This document shows positions 54,556 to 62,839 of a stretch of DNA of 64,000 bases, in pieces. The translations under genes and the position numbers were made by a program. The notes under the pieces were generated by a model. That model was given only the letters and a program-made list of their open reading frames with translations. It had not been told where the DNA came from and ran no database searches. Each line of letters begins with the position of its first letter. Within the stretch, counting starts at the first letter, position 1. Origin of the DNA: a virus; the IMG/VR virus record IMGVR_UViG_3300028833_000004; one strand, given 5' to 3'.

Positions 54556-55310
54556 TTGAATTATTAAGTGAAGTATTAAAGGGGAAATCAACAATAATAA
54601 AAAACAAGCAGTATTTATCGTCAGAGTCTTATATTCAACCTTTTATAGATAGATTTAAGGATTTTGATGTTACAATTACATGTAATGTTAAACCTGCCAA
54701 TCAATTATCTGTAACAGATAATATTACAGATATAGTATATAACAGGGTGCATATTCAAGTTGTTTTTAATTCACCTGGAACCTATGAAAATGTAATAGGA
54801 ATGATTTATGGTTTAGATACTAGAATGCCTGTTGCAAAATTTTATAGAGGATTATTAGATTCAAATGGAAATTTCATTTCTTTTAATTCTGACGATTTGC
54901 AATGCCAAAAAATTGAAGAAGAATTAACATTAGACTATTCTTTTGTTGATGAATCTATAGACATGTTTAAAAATCAAGATAAGTGGAATAAACTAGCTTT
55001 AGATGAAATAGATGCTTTATCAAATTGTAGTGTTCCATATATGGAATTGACTCAATTGTTGGGAGAATGGGTTGATAAATCTCTATCATTAATTGATATT
55101 TCTGATTTTGGAAAGGTTAAATTAGCTACGTCTATTCCAATTAATGGATATAAATATTTAGTAAAAGATGTGTCAAGTCCTTATTTCACTGAGGTTGATA
55201 CTAATAAATTTAATATTTATAGAGCATTGCTTCAAGCACTTTCAGATGAAGATGATATAATTAATATAATTGAAAAAACCTATTTAATAAATAAGCTTAT
55301 AGGGCTATGA
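54552..55310 (+). CDS. hypothetical protein
   Basis: 252-aa ORF. Confidence 0.6.
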   Translation: MIELLSEVLKGKSTIIKNKQYLSSESYIQPFIDRFKDFDVTITCNVKPANQLSVTDNITDIVYNRVHIQVVFNSPGTYENVIGMIYGLDTRMPVAKFYRGLLDSNGNFISFNSDDLQCQKIEEELTLDYSFVDESIDMFKNQDKWNKLALDEIDALSNCSVPYMELTQLLGEWVDKSLSLIDISDFGKVKLATSIPINGYKYLVKDVSSPYFTEVDTNKFNIYRALLQALSDEDDIINIIEKTYLINKLIGL

Positions 55311-55651
55311 CAGAACAAGAATTAAATGAATTTATAACTCAAATAACTTTAGGGCAATTTAACTCTGATAGATATGTATTAAATGTTTATAATGACGGAT
55401 TATATATTAGAGATGTTGACCTAGACGTTATGGTTTATTTTACTTTATATGATAAGGATATAAATCCCTTTAAAAATATTTATAGGAGATTTAAATACGG
55501 AAGTGTTTATCTTGTTACAATAGATGATCCATATGAAATAATTCCAATTTCAAAAGAAACTTTTATAAGATTTAATTCTTTATTAAAAACTTTTTATGAT
55601 AAAGAAAAAGCTAAAGTTCTTAGTGATCGAAAGAAAGCTTTTAATTTTTAA
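55307..55651 (+). CDS. hypothetical protein
   Basis: 114-aa ORF followed by a terminator. Confidence 0.6.
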   Translation: MTEQELNEFITQITLGQFNSDRYVLNVYNDGLYIRDVDLDVMVYFTLYDKDINPFKNIYRRFKYGSVYLVTIDDPYEIIPISKETFIRFNSLLKTFYDKEKAKVLSDRKKAFNF

Positions 55652-55656
55652 TATAA

Positions 55657-55693
55657 AATTCCCCCTTTAAATTTTGTTTATTGGGGGAATTTT
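55657..55693 (+). terminator. intrinsic terminator
   Basis: AATTCCCCC (55657-55665) pairs with GGGGGAATT (55683-55691), followed by TTTT. Confidence 0.7.
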
Positions 55694-55731
55694 AGTAACT
55701 TTGTATCTTTTCACTTTTAAATAAAAATCTT

Positions 55732-57885
55732 ATGAAAGTACTAAAACGAAATGGACAAATTGTTGATTATGAGCCTGATAAGATTAAGAAGGCTATTTTT
55801 AATTGTTTTTTAAGTGTCAATCATGAATTTCCAGACATGATTACTGAACATGTTTTTGACAATGTTGTTGGAGAACTTATGCAACAAGATTATGATGGGC
55901 GAACTGATCCATTCTCAGTTGAAGAAATTCAAGATCTTGTTGAAAAATCTATGATGGATGAGAAGGAATATGACGCCGCTAAAGCTTATATTTTGTATAG
56001 AGAGAAGCATAAAAATTTAAGAGATTTAGCACAATCGGATGTTGAATTTATCACAAACTTTGTTAATTCAAAAAATGCTGCTAACGCTACAATTGATGAT
56101 AATTCTAATGTTGGGACTAAGGGAGTCGGGGTATTAAACGCAGAAATACATAAAGCAATTAATGCTAATACTAATATGTATCTTTGGGAGAATGAGGTAA
56201 AGAAACTTTATCCAGAACTTTCTATAAAACAAATGAGGACTGATTTTAAAACAATTTGTTATCCTCACGATTTTTCTAGCCAAATTCTCATGTCATACTG
56301 TATGTCTGTTTCAATGTATCCATTTTTAACTGATGGAATTGCTAAGCTTGGAGGTAAATCTGTCACACCAAAATCTTTGGAGTCTTTCTGTGGAATATTT
56401 ATTAATCTTGTATTTGCTTTAGCAAGTGAAGTAAAGGGGGCAGTCGCCTGTCCAGAAGTTTTAATGTATATGGATTCATTTGCACGAAAGGATTACGGTG
56501 AAGATTATATATACCATTTGAATGATAAAATTGGAAATAGAACAATCAGACAACAATTACATCAATATTTTCAACAAATAACCTATTCTATTAATCAAGT
56601 TGCCGGATCACGTGGAATGCAGAGCCCGTTTACTAATTTTTCTTTCTTTGATAAATACTTCTTTGAGGGAATGTTTGGTGATTTTTATTTCCCAGATGGA
56701 AGTAAGCCGGTTTGGGAAACCACTAATTGGTTACAACAAGAATATTTACACTGGTTGAATCAGGAGAGATTAAAATGTATTTTAACCTTTCCAGTTTGCA
56801 GCTACGCTTGTTTAATTGAAAATGGTGATTTTAAAGATAAGTCTACTTTTGATTTTGTATGCCAAGAATATTCTGAAGGTAATTCATTCTTTCTATATAC
56901 CAGTAAAACAGTTGATTCTTTGAGCAGTTGCTGCCGTTTACAAAATTCTTTAACTGAGAACACATTCAACTTCACAAATGGGCAAATAGGAGTAATGACT
57001 GGATCAAAAAATGTAATTACCTTAGATTTAAATCGAATAATGCAAGATTTTCAAAAGTCACAAGGATACTTTGATTTCCCAATAAATAGACCTATTGATG
57101 ATTGGATTGATGATTTTAAATTATATTTAATAAACATTTTGGATAGGGTTTATAAATATCAAACGGCTTATAATAAGTTACTTCATTGGGCGAAAGACCA
57201 TCATTTATATGCAGCATATGATGCCGGATTTATTGATCTAGACAAACAATATTTAACTATTGGAATAAATGCACTTAATCAAATGGCTGAAGTTGTAGGA
57301 ATAAAATGTAATAACAATCCAGATTATAAAAGACTGTGTAGAGAATTATTTGGATTAATAAAAGAACAGAATTCTTTACATCGTACTGAAACAGAGAGGT
57401 TTAACTGTGAACAGGTTCCTGCGGAGTCCGCCTCCATAAAATTATATAATAGAGATAAAAATGATGGATATTGGACACCTTCTGATACTAATCTTTATGC
57501 TAGTTATATATTTAAACCAAATGATTTAGAAATAAGTGTTCTTGATAAAATAATTTTACATAGTTCTGAATTTGCAGCCGATCAAATGGATGGTGGGCAG
57601 GCATGCCATATAAATTTAGATTCACATCTATCAAAAGAACAATACAGAAAATTATTATTATTTGCTGCACAAAAAGGATGTAAATATCTTACCTTTAATA
57701 TCCCTAATTGTGAATGTGATGATTGTGGTTATATAGCTAAACAACCATTTAAAGTATGTCCCAAATGCGGAAGTACTCATATTTCTTTATGGGATAGGGT
57801 AATTGGATATCTTACAAAAATTAAAAATTGGTCTGAGGGACGTCAGATAGAACAGAAAACTAGAGTATATTCTAAAAATATTTAA
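55732..57885 (+). CDS. nrdD: anaerobic (class III) ribonucleoside-triphosphate reductase
   Basis: N-terminal ATP-cone (VLKRNGQIVDYEPDKIKKAI). C-terminal zinc ribbon CECDDCGY...CPKCGS. Glycyl-radical motif RVIGYL. Confidence 0.9.
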   Translation: MKVLKRNGQIVDYEPDKIKKAIFNCFLSVNHEFPDMITEHVFDNVVGELMQQDYDGRTDPFSVEEIQDLVEKSMMDEKEYDAAKAYILYREKHKNLRDLAQSDVEFITNFVNSKNAANATIDDNSNVGTKGVGVLNAEIHKAINANTNMYLWENEVKKLYPELSIKQMRTDFKTICYPHDFSSQILMSYCMSVSMYPFLTDGIAKLGGKSVTPKSLESFCGIFINLVFALASEVKGAVACPEVLMYMDSFARKDYGEDYIYHLNDKIGNRTIRQQLHQYFQQITYSINQVAGSRGMQSPFTNFSFFDKYFFEGMFGDFYFPDGSKPVWETTNWLQQEYLHWLNQERLKCILTFPVCSYACLIENGDFKDKSTFDFVCQEYSEGNSFFLYTSKTVDSLSSCCRLQNSLTENTFNFTNGQIGVMTGSKNVITLDLNRIMQDFQKSQGYFDFPINRPIDDWIDDFKLYLINILDRVYKYQTAYNKLLHWAKDHHLYAAYDAGFIDLDKQYLTIGINALNQMAEVVGIKCNNNPDYKRLCRELFGLIKEQNSLHRTETERFNCEQVPAESASIKLYNRDKNDGYWTPSDTNLYASYIFKPNDLEISVLDKIILHSSEFAADQMDGGQACHINLDSHLSKEQYRKLLLFAAQKGCKYLTFNIPNCECDDCGYIAKQPFKVCPKCGSTHISLWDRVIGYLTKIKNWSEGRQIEQKTRVYSKNI

Positions 57886-57889
57886 AATC

Positions 57890-58036
57890 ATGACTGTAGA
57901 AGAATTTATTTCAGAAATTAGCGAACATAAAGATTGTAAACTAATATTTCAATATTTTGATACTGAAGTACCTTTAGATACTTGCGAGTTATTATATAGT
58001 AAAAAGAAAAATAAATTAATAATTAAATTTGAATAA
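57890..58036 (+). CDS. small protein (48 aa), xxEFISE family
   Basis: MTVEEFISEISEHKDCKLIFQYFD.... Paralog of 58038..58208. Confidence 0.45.
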   Translation: MTVEEFISEISEHKDCKLIFQYFDTEVPLDTCELLYSKKKNKLIIKFE

Positions 58037-58037
58037 T

Positions 58038-58208
58038 ATGAAAGTAAGTGAATTTATTTCAGAATTTAAAGGATTTGAGGATTATGATTTCATTCTTCGA
58101 GTTAATGGTGGCGACTATTTGTCGGATGAAGAGTTAGAAGGTATGGAATTTTTAGTAGGTGCCAAAAAGAAAAAATTTATTCTAAATTTATCAGAATTTT
58201 TATTATGA
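58038..58208 (+). CDS. small protein (56 aa), xxEFISE family
   Basis: MKVSEFISEFKGFEDYDFILRVNG.... Its stop overlaps ATG 58205. Confidence 0.45.
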   Translation: MKVSEFISEFKGFEDYDFILRVNGGDYLSDEELEGMEFLVGAKKKKFILNLSEFLL

Positions 58209-58507
58209 TTTACGAAGTAACAAAAAATAGTTTAAGTTTAGATTTATCAGGTTTTACACTAGTCGACTTTTATGCCGACTGGTGTGGGCCTTGTAAGGTA
58301 TTATCAAATAATCTACAAGAATTTGAAAAAATTTATCCAAACATTAATATTAAAAAAGTTAATGTTGATGAGAATGATGAATTAGTTGAAAAATATAAGA
58401 TTAGAAATGTTCCTTCAATAATCTGTTTTAAACAGGGTATAGAATATTGGAGACATTCTGGTTTAATGACTCTAGATCAATTAAGAGAAAAATTTATTGA
58501 ACTATGA
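58205..58507 (+). CDS. trxA: thioredoxin
   Basis: Active site WCGPCK within a 100-aa thioredoxin-sized ORF. Confidence 0.9.
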   Translation: MIYEVTKNSLSLDLSGFTLVDFYADWCGPCKVLSNNLQEFEKIYPNINIKKVNVDENDELVEKYKIRNVPSIICFKQGIEYWRHSGLMTLDQLREKFIEL

Positions 58508-58656
58508 CTTTAAGAGAAATACTTAATGCATACCCCGAACAGGTTTATGATTATGAAATTATCCTTAGAAATGCTTATACACCTGATACTGAAATGCAGG
58601 TATATGATGCACTTATAAATCGTCAAGATGAACATTTAATTATTGAATATGTATGA
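58504..58656 (+). CDS. small protein (50 aa), probably same family as 57890/58038
   Basis: MTLREILNAYPEQVYDYEIILRNAY...LIIEYV. It has ATGA overlaps at both ends. Confidence 0.4.
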   Translation: MTLREILNAYPEQVYDYEIILRNAYTPDTEMQVYDALINRQDEHLIIEYV

Positions 58657-59018
58657 TTTCGTCTTTACAAAATCCCGAAACTGAACATAATTTACCAATT
58701 GTTAGAGCCGAATTAAGTATTAGTGAGACTTTTAGCAAAAGTGTTACTGTTCCTACTGTCAATTATATTTCTACTGGTATAGAAAAGGATGAAGATGGTA
58801 ATGCGGATCTTAATATAGATTGGAAAAATAGTGATTTATCAGAAATATATTCTGAGAGATATTTAACTTTGAAGGAAATATTAGAACAAGTCCCAAAAGT
58901 TTTTTCAGAGATATTAGATTATCAATTACCTCCTAATTTAAAGAAAAGATTAAAGGTATTAAGAGATAACTGCCTTAATTGGGATGAAAATGAATGCGAA
59001 ATAATAAGTGAAAAATAA
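58653..59018 (+). CDS. hypothetical protein
   Basis: 121-aa ORF. Confidence 0.6.
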   Translation: MISSLQNPETEHNLPIVRAELSISETFSKSVTVPTVNYISTGIEKDEDGNADLNIDWKNSDLSEIYSERYLTLKEILEQVPKVFSEILDYQLPPNLKKRLKVLRDNCLNWDENECEIISEK

Positions 59019-59233
59019 TGGATAAGGCATTTACTGATAAAGAATTAACAGAATTATTAAAATTTGAGAATGAACATTTAAAGAGAAAATGCTATAAATT
59101 GCCTGATAGTAAATTTAAAACTATGGGATTTACTATCAGGCAATCTTTTAGTAGTAATATAGGAATTTCTACAATAATCACATGTGATTGTTGTAATGAA
59201 AGTAAAGATGTAACTGATTATGATGTTTGGTAA
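59018..59233 (+). CDS. hypothetical protein
   Basis: 71-aa ORF. Confidence 0.5.
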   Translation: MDKAFTDKELTELLKFENEHLKRKCYKLPDSKFKTMGFTIRQSFSSNIGISTIITCDCCNESKDVTDYDVW

Positions 59234-59306
59234 TTATAGAAGACATTATTACAAGAATACTATAATGATGATAGTGCTTCATATTAAATGAAAATAGTAA
59301 ATCTAT

Positions 59307-59867
59307 ATGCTTAAATATACAACAACTCAAGTAACATTTAGAGAAATTCCAGATGAAATTACTCTATGTATAAACATTTCAAACTGCCCAATACACTGCC
59401 CAGATTGTCATTCTAAAGAACTTTGGAAAGATATTGGTGCCGAACTTACAGTAGAAACATTAATTAAATTATGTGATGATAATGATGGTGTTACTACCAT
59501 TTGTTTTTTAGGTGGAGATTCTGACACAGAAGAATTGGGATATTTAATTAATGCATTATGTCAATCTCACGATAATTGTTTTACTAAAAACATTGCTTGG
59601 TACTCTGGAAGGGATAATTTAAAAGAAGTATCTGGTATAAGTTATGTAAATCTCGATTATATTAAATTGGGTCATTTTGATAAAAATCGTGGTGGCTTAG
59701 ATAAACCTACAACTAATCAGCGATTATATAAATTATGGTCCACTTCTCCAGATACAGAATTAATTGCTGGATTAGGAGATGGAGATATCATGACAATAGA
59801 CGTAGAAGATATAACTTATAAATTTTGGAATAATGTTAATATTCAGAAAACCGGGTTGGATACTTAA
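59307..59867 (+). CDS. nrdG: anaerobic RNR activating enzyme (radical SAM)
   Basis: CxxxCxxC cluster, present as CPIHCPDC near the N-terminus. Size and context next to nrdD fit. Confidence 0.8.
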   Translation: MLKYTTTQVTFREIPDEITLCINISNCPIHCPDCHSKELWKDIGAELTVETLIKLCDDNDGVTTICFLGGDSDTEELGYLINALCQSHDNCFTKNIAWYSGRDNLKEVSGISYVNLDYIKLGHFDKNRGGLDKPTTNQRLYKLWSTSPDTELIAGLGDGDIMTIDVEDITYKFWNNVNIQKTGLDT

Positions 59868-60033
59868 TCCAAGTGATAAAATAGTTAATTCAATTATTAA
59901 AAAAATTGATTTAAATAATGGAGAATGCCCATGTAATAATCCTGGGAAAACTCATGAGGATAGAATCTGTCCCTGTAAAGAATATAGGGAAAATAATATA
60001 TGTCACTGTTCATTGTATATAAAACAAATATGA
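59833..60033 (+). CDS. ferredoxin-thioredoxin reductase catalytic-subunit-like Cys-motif protein
   Basis: GWILNPSDKIV...CPCNNPGKTHEDRICPCKEYRENNICHCSLY reproduces the CPC...CPC...CHC spacing of FTR catalytic chains. Confidence 0.55.
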   Translation: MLIFRKPGWILNPSDKIVNSIIKKIDLNNGECPCNNPGKTHEDRICPCKEYRENNICHCSLYIKQI

Positions 60034-60377
60034 AAAAACTAGATGAATTTACAGAAGGAATGTCTATAGGAAATATTATTCTTCCTAACTATGGTGAAAA
60101 AATCAAATTCGATTTAGAAGAATTAAATAAAATTATAGATAAGTCTGATTTTATTTATATAATTGGCGGAGATTATGATTTAGATGCAAAAAAAGATTTA
60201 GTTGCTTATATATCATGGTATAAACCAGATGTTTATACTTGTGGAGTAACTAATAAAAAATTCTATGTAGATAATGAGGGACTTTTTTATGATTTTTATA
60301 AAACACCAAAAATAGTTTATAGAAATAGACACAATCCAGATAATTCAACAACAATAAATATTTTTGATTATGAATGA
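60030..60377 (+). CDS. hypothetical protein
   Basis: I place the start at ATG 60030, which has an ATGA overlap. Confidence 0.55.
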   Translation: MKKLDEFTEGMSIGNIILPNYGEKIKFDLEELNKIIDKSDFIYIIGGDYDLDAKKDLVAYISWYKPDVYTCGVTNKKFYVDNEGLFYDFYKTPKIVYRNRHNPDNSTTINIFDYE

Positions 60378-60846
60378 CATAGAAATAAAAATAGTAAATA
60401 CAAGTAAAAATCCCCTTCCTACATATAGCAAGGATGGGGATGCATGTGTAGACTTACGTGCGGTTATTGAGCCTAACTCTATATCTAATTTAGCAAATGC
60501 TGCAATGCATAATGGTTCGTTATTAATATATCCAGATGGGCGAGCTCTTATTGGAACTGGTCTACACATACAATTTCCAAGAGGATATATGTTTAAAATC
60601 CAAGAACGATCTGGTTTAGGTGCAGACGGAATTAAAGTTTCTGGCGGTGTAGTTGATTCCAATTATACAGGAGAAATAAAAATAGCACTTCTAAATACTT
60701 CCAGCAATGTATTTTCTGTAAACTATGGAGATAGAATTGCTCAGGGATGTCTAATTCCTATTCCACACATGGTTTTTAAGGAGGTTGATACTTTAGATGA
60801 AACTAATAGAGGTTCTGATGGATTTAATTCTACTGGTGTAAAATGA
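60364..60846 (+). CDS. dut: dUTP pyrophosphatase (trimeric type)
   Basis: All five motifs are present: GDACVDLRA, ERSGLG, GVVDSNYTGEI, GDRIAQ and RGSDGFNSTG. Confidence 0.9.
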   Translation: MIMNDIEIKIVNTSKNPLPTYSKDGDACVDLRAVIEPNSISNLANAAMHNGSLLIYPDGRALIGTGLHIQFPRGYMFKIQERSGLGADGIKVSGGVVDSNYTGEIKIALLNTSSNVFSVNYGDRIAQGCLIPIPHMVFKEVDTLDETNRGSDGFNSTGVK

Positions 60847-62012
60847 AAAGTGAATATTTAGTAAAATTAAATAATAAGAACAGAATTCAAAGGGTTAAAA
60901 TTAGTTTAACTGCTCAAGATGAAATATATTTATTAGAAAGAATAACTGGTCAATTTGGTGGGAAAGAAACCCACCAACCAGTTATTAAAATTGAATCTGG
61001 CAAAGCGGGAAGAAATATTGCTGAGCAGGCTTCACTTATGTATAATTCTTATCTGAAGAAATATTTGGATTCTGGATATGTAAGACTTTCAAAATTAACC
61101 TACAAAAAAGAGTCTGAATTATCTGAAGATGATATTAAAACATTATTAGGAGATTCTGTTACTGATCAATCTGGAATACCAAAACCAATGCTTGCTAAAT
61201 CATCAGATCAATGTTCTGTAAATATTTTTGATAAGGAGTGGTATGTGAGCAGAAAATTAAATGGAGTGCGTTGTTTAATGTACTTTAAAGACGGAGAAGT
61301 TCATACAGCATCCAGAGGCGGTGGAACTTATGATATTGCCACCACCCATATAAGAACAGATGAACATGTAATAAACTTCTTTCAACAAAATCCAGATATT
61401 ATTTTAGACGGAGAATTGTATAAACATGATGTATTATATCCTCTTCAAAGAATATCGGGCTTAGCCAGACTGCAAGAATGGGATGATGAATGTTCCAAAT
61501 TAGAATATTGGGTATATGATTTAATATCAAAAGAGCCATTCAGTAAAAGATATGAATTTTTAGAAAACTCTGAATGGTACTTTGAAAACACAAATATAAA
61601 AATCTTAGAACAGAAACCTTTAAGTGGCTGGCAGAAAATTGAGAAAGAACATAACTTATATGTTAGTGAGGGGTTTGAAGGACTTGTAGCTCGAAATCCA
61701 AATAAGGAGTATGGAATTAATAAACGATCTGGTATTTATATGGTAAAACTTAAAAAATATCAAGATCAAGAATTTGAAATAGTGGGAGTAAAAGAAGGAC
61801 TTAGACCTGAAGATATGTGTTTTATTTTAAAGACTGCTGAAGGAAAGGAATTCTCAGCAAAGCCAACAGGTAATGCAGACACTAGAGTTTATTATATAGA
61901 ACATCCAGAAGACTTTATTGGCAAACAAGCTACCTGTAAATTCTTTGAGTGGTCTTCTGATAATATACCCCTACAACCAATTTTAATACATATTAGACCA
62001 GAAGATGAATAA
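60843..62012 (+). CDS. ATP-dependent DNA ligase
   Basis: Motif I is KLNGVR (adenylation Lys). EGLVAR and LKKYQD follow, with a downstream OB-like region. Confidence 0.8.
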   Translation: MKSEYLVKLNNKNRIQRVKISLTAQDEIYLLERITGQFGGKETHQPVIKIESGKAGRNIAEQASLMYNSYLKKYLDSGYVRLSKLTYKKESELSEDDIKTLLGDSVTDQSGIPKPMLAKSSDQCSVNIFDKEWYVSRKLNGVRCLMYFKDGEVHTASRGGGTYDIATTHIRTDEHVINFFQQNPDIILDGELYKHDVLYPLQRISGLARLQEWDDECSKLEYWVYDLISKEPFSKRYEFLENSEWYFENTNIKILEQKPLSGWQKIEKEHNLYVSEGFEGLVARNPNKEYGINKRSGIYMVKLKKYQDQEFEIVGVKEGLRPEDMCFILKTAEGKEFSAKPTGNADTRVYYIEHPEDFIGKQATCKFFEWSSDNIPLQPILIHIRPEDE

Positions 62013-62352
62013 AAAAGTATATAGAGTCCATCTAACTGAAGGATATCAATTAAAAGCCGCTGATGAATTGATTAGTAAATTGAATATAAGACTTGGTGAA
62101 TCTGAGTCTTATATTCAAGAATTACAATATGATAATAAACAGCTTCAAGACAAGAATAAAGATCTAGAAAAAGAAGTTGAAAGACTTAAAGAATTATTTA
62201 AAAGATTTTTAGATAAATATTCTTCCGATGTAAAAGAACTTCGTAAAGAACCTTTTATTAAAGAATATACAGAAGAAATTGCTAAACTTAAAGAGAGTGT
62301 TCAGAATTTAGAAAAAGTTAGAGATAATTTGATATTTAAACTAAATGCATAA
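62005..62352 (+). CDS. coiled-coil protein
   Basis: 115-aa ORF with heptad-like charged repeats. Confidence 0.55.
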   Translation: MNKKVYRVHLTEGYQLKAADELISKLNIRLGESESYIQELQYDNKQLQDKNKDLEKEVERLKELFKRFLDKYSSDVKELRKEPFIKEYTEEIAKLKESVQNLEKVRDNLIFKLNA

Positions 62353-62366
62353 CTACTATTATATAT

Positions 62367-62633
62367 ATGAAAGAAATTTTTTCTAAATGGCTTCAAGCTA
62401 AACAATTAACATTGGAAGATATTATTACAATCTTACTGGAGTATGATTCATTATATAATGATGGATCATTAACTCCAGAGAAGGTTGTTTTTCTTTTAAA
62501 TTCTGTAAGTCTTCCAGTTAAAACTATGATAAATTCAGCAATGTTTAAAATTGCATATAAAAATGGATGGGATATTACATCCGTATATGATAAAAATGGA
62601 AAATTAATAATGAGATTTACAAATATTAATTAA
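62367..62633 (+). CDS. hypothetical protein
   Basis: 88-aa ORF, the last sizeable + strand gene. Confidence 0.55.
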   Translation: MKEIFSKWLQAKQLTLEDIITILLEYDSLYNDGSLTPEKVVFLLNSVSLPVKTMINSAMFKIAYKNGWDITSVYDKNGKLIMRFTNIN

Positions 62634-62795
62634 AATAAAACTTATGACTTCAGAACAAATTATAGAAAGATTGCTAGAAAATGATCAAATAACTGCTTCT
62701 GAAGCACTACAACTTTTACGAGATATAAGCAGTAATATCCATATATTATTCCAAATCAAATAACCTATCCATATAATCAAATTATATATTAAATC

Positions 62796-62839
62796 AATAA
62801 CCCCTATCGGAGAAATCCGATAGGGGTTATTTTTTTTTT
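62796..62839. terminator. bidirectional intrinsic terminator at the convergence of the + and - gene sets
   Basis: AATAACCCCTATCGGA (62796-62811) pairs perfectly with TCCGATAGGGGTTATT (62816-62831). The loop is GAAA. A T-run reaches 62839 and there are A residues upstream. Confidence 0.85.
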
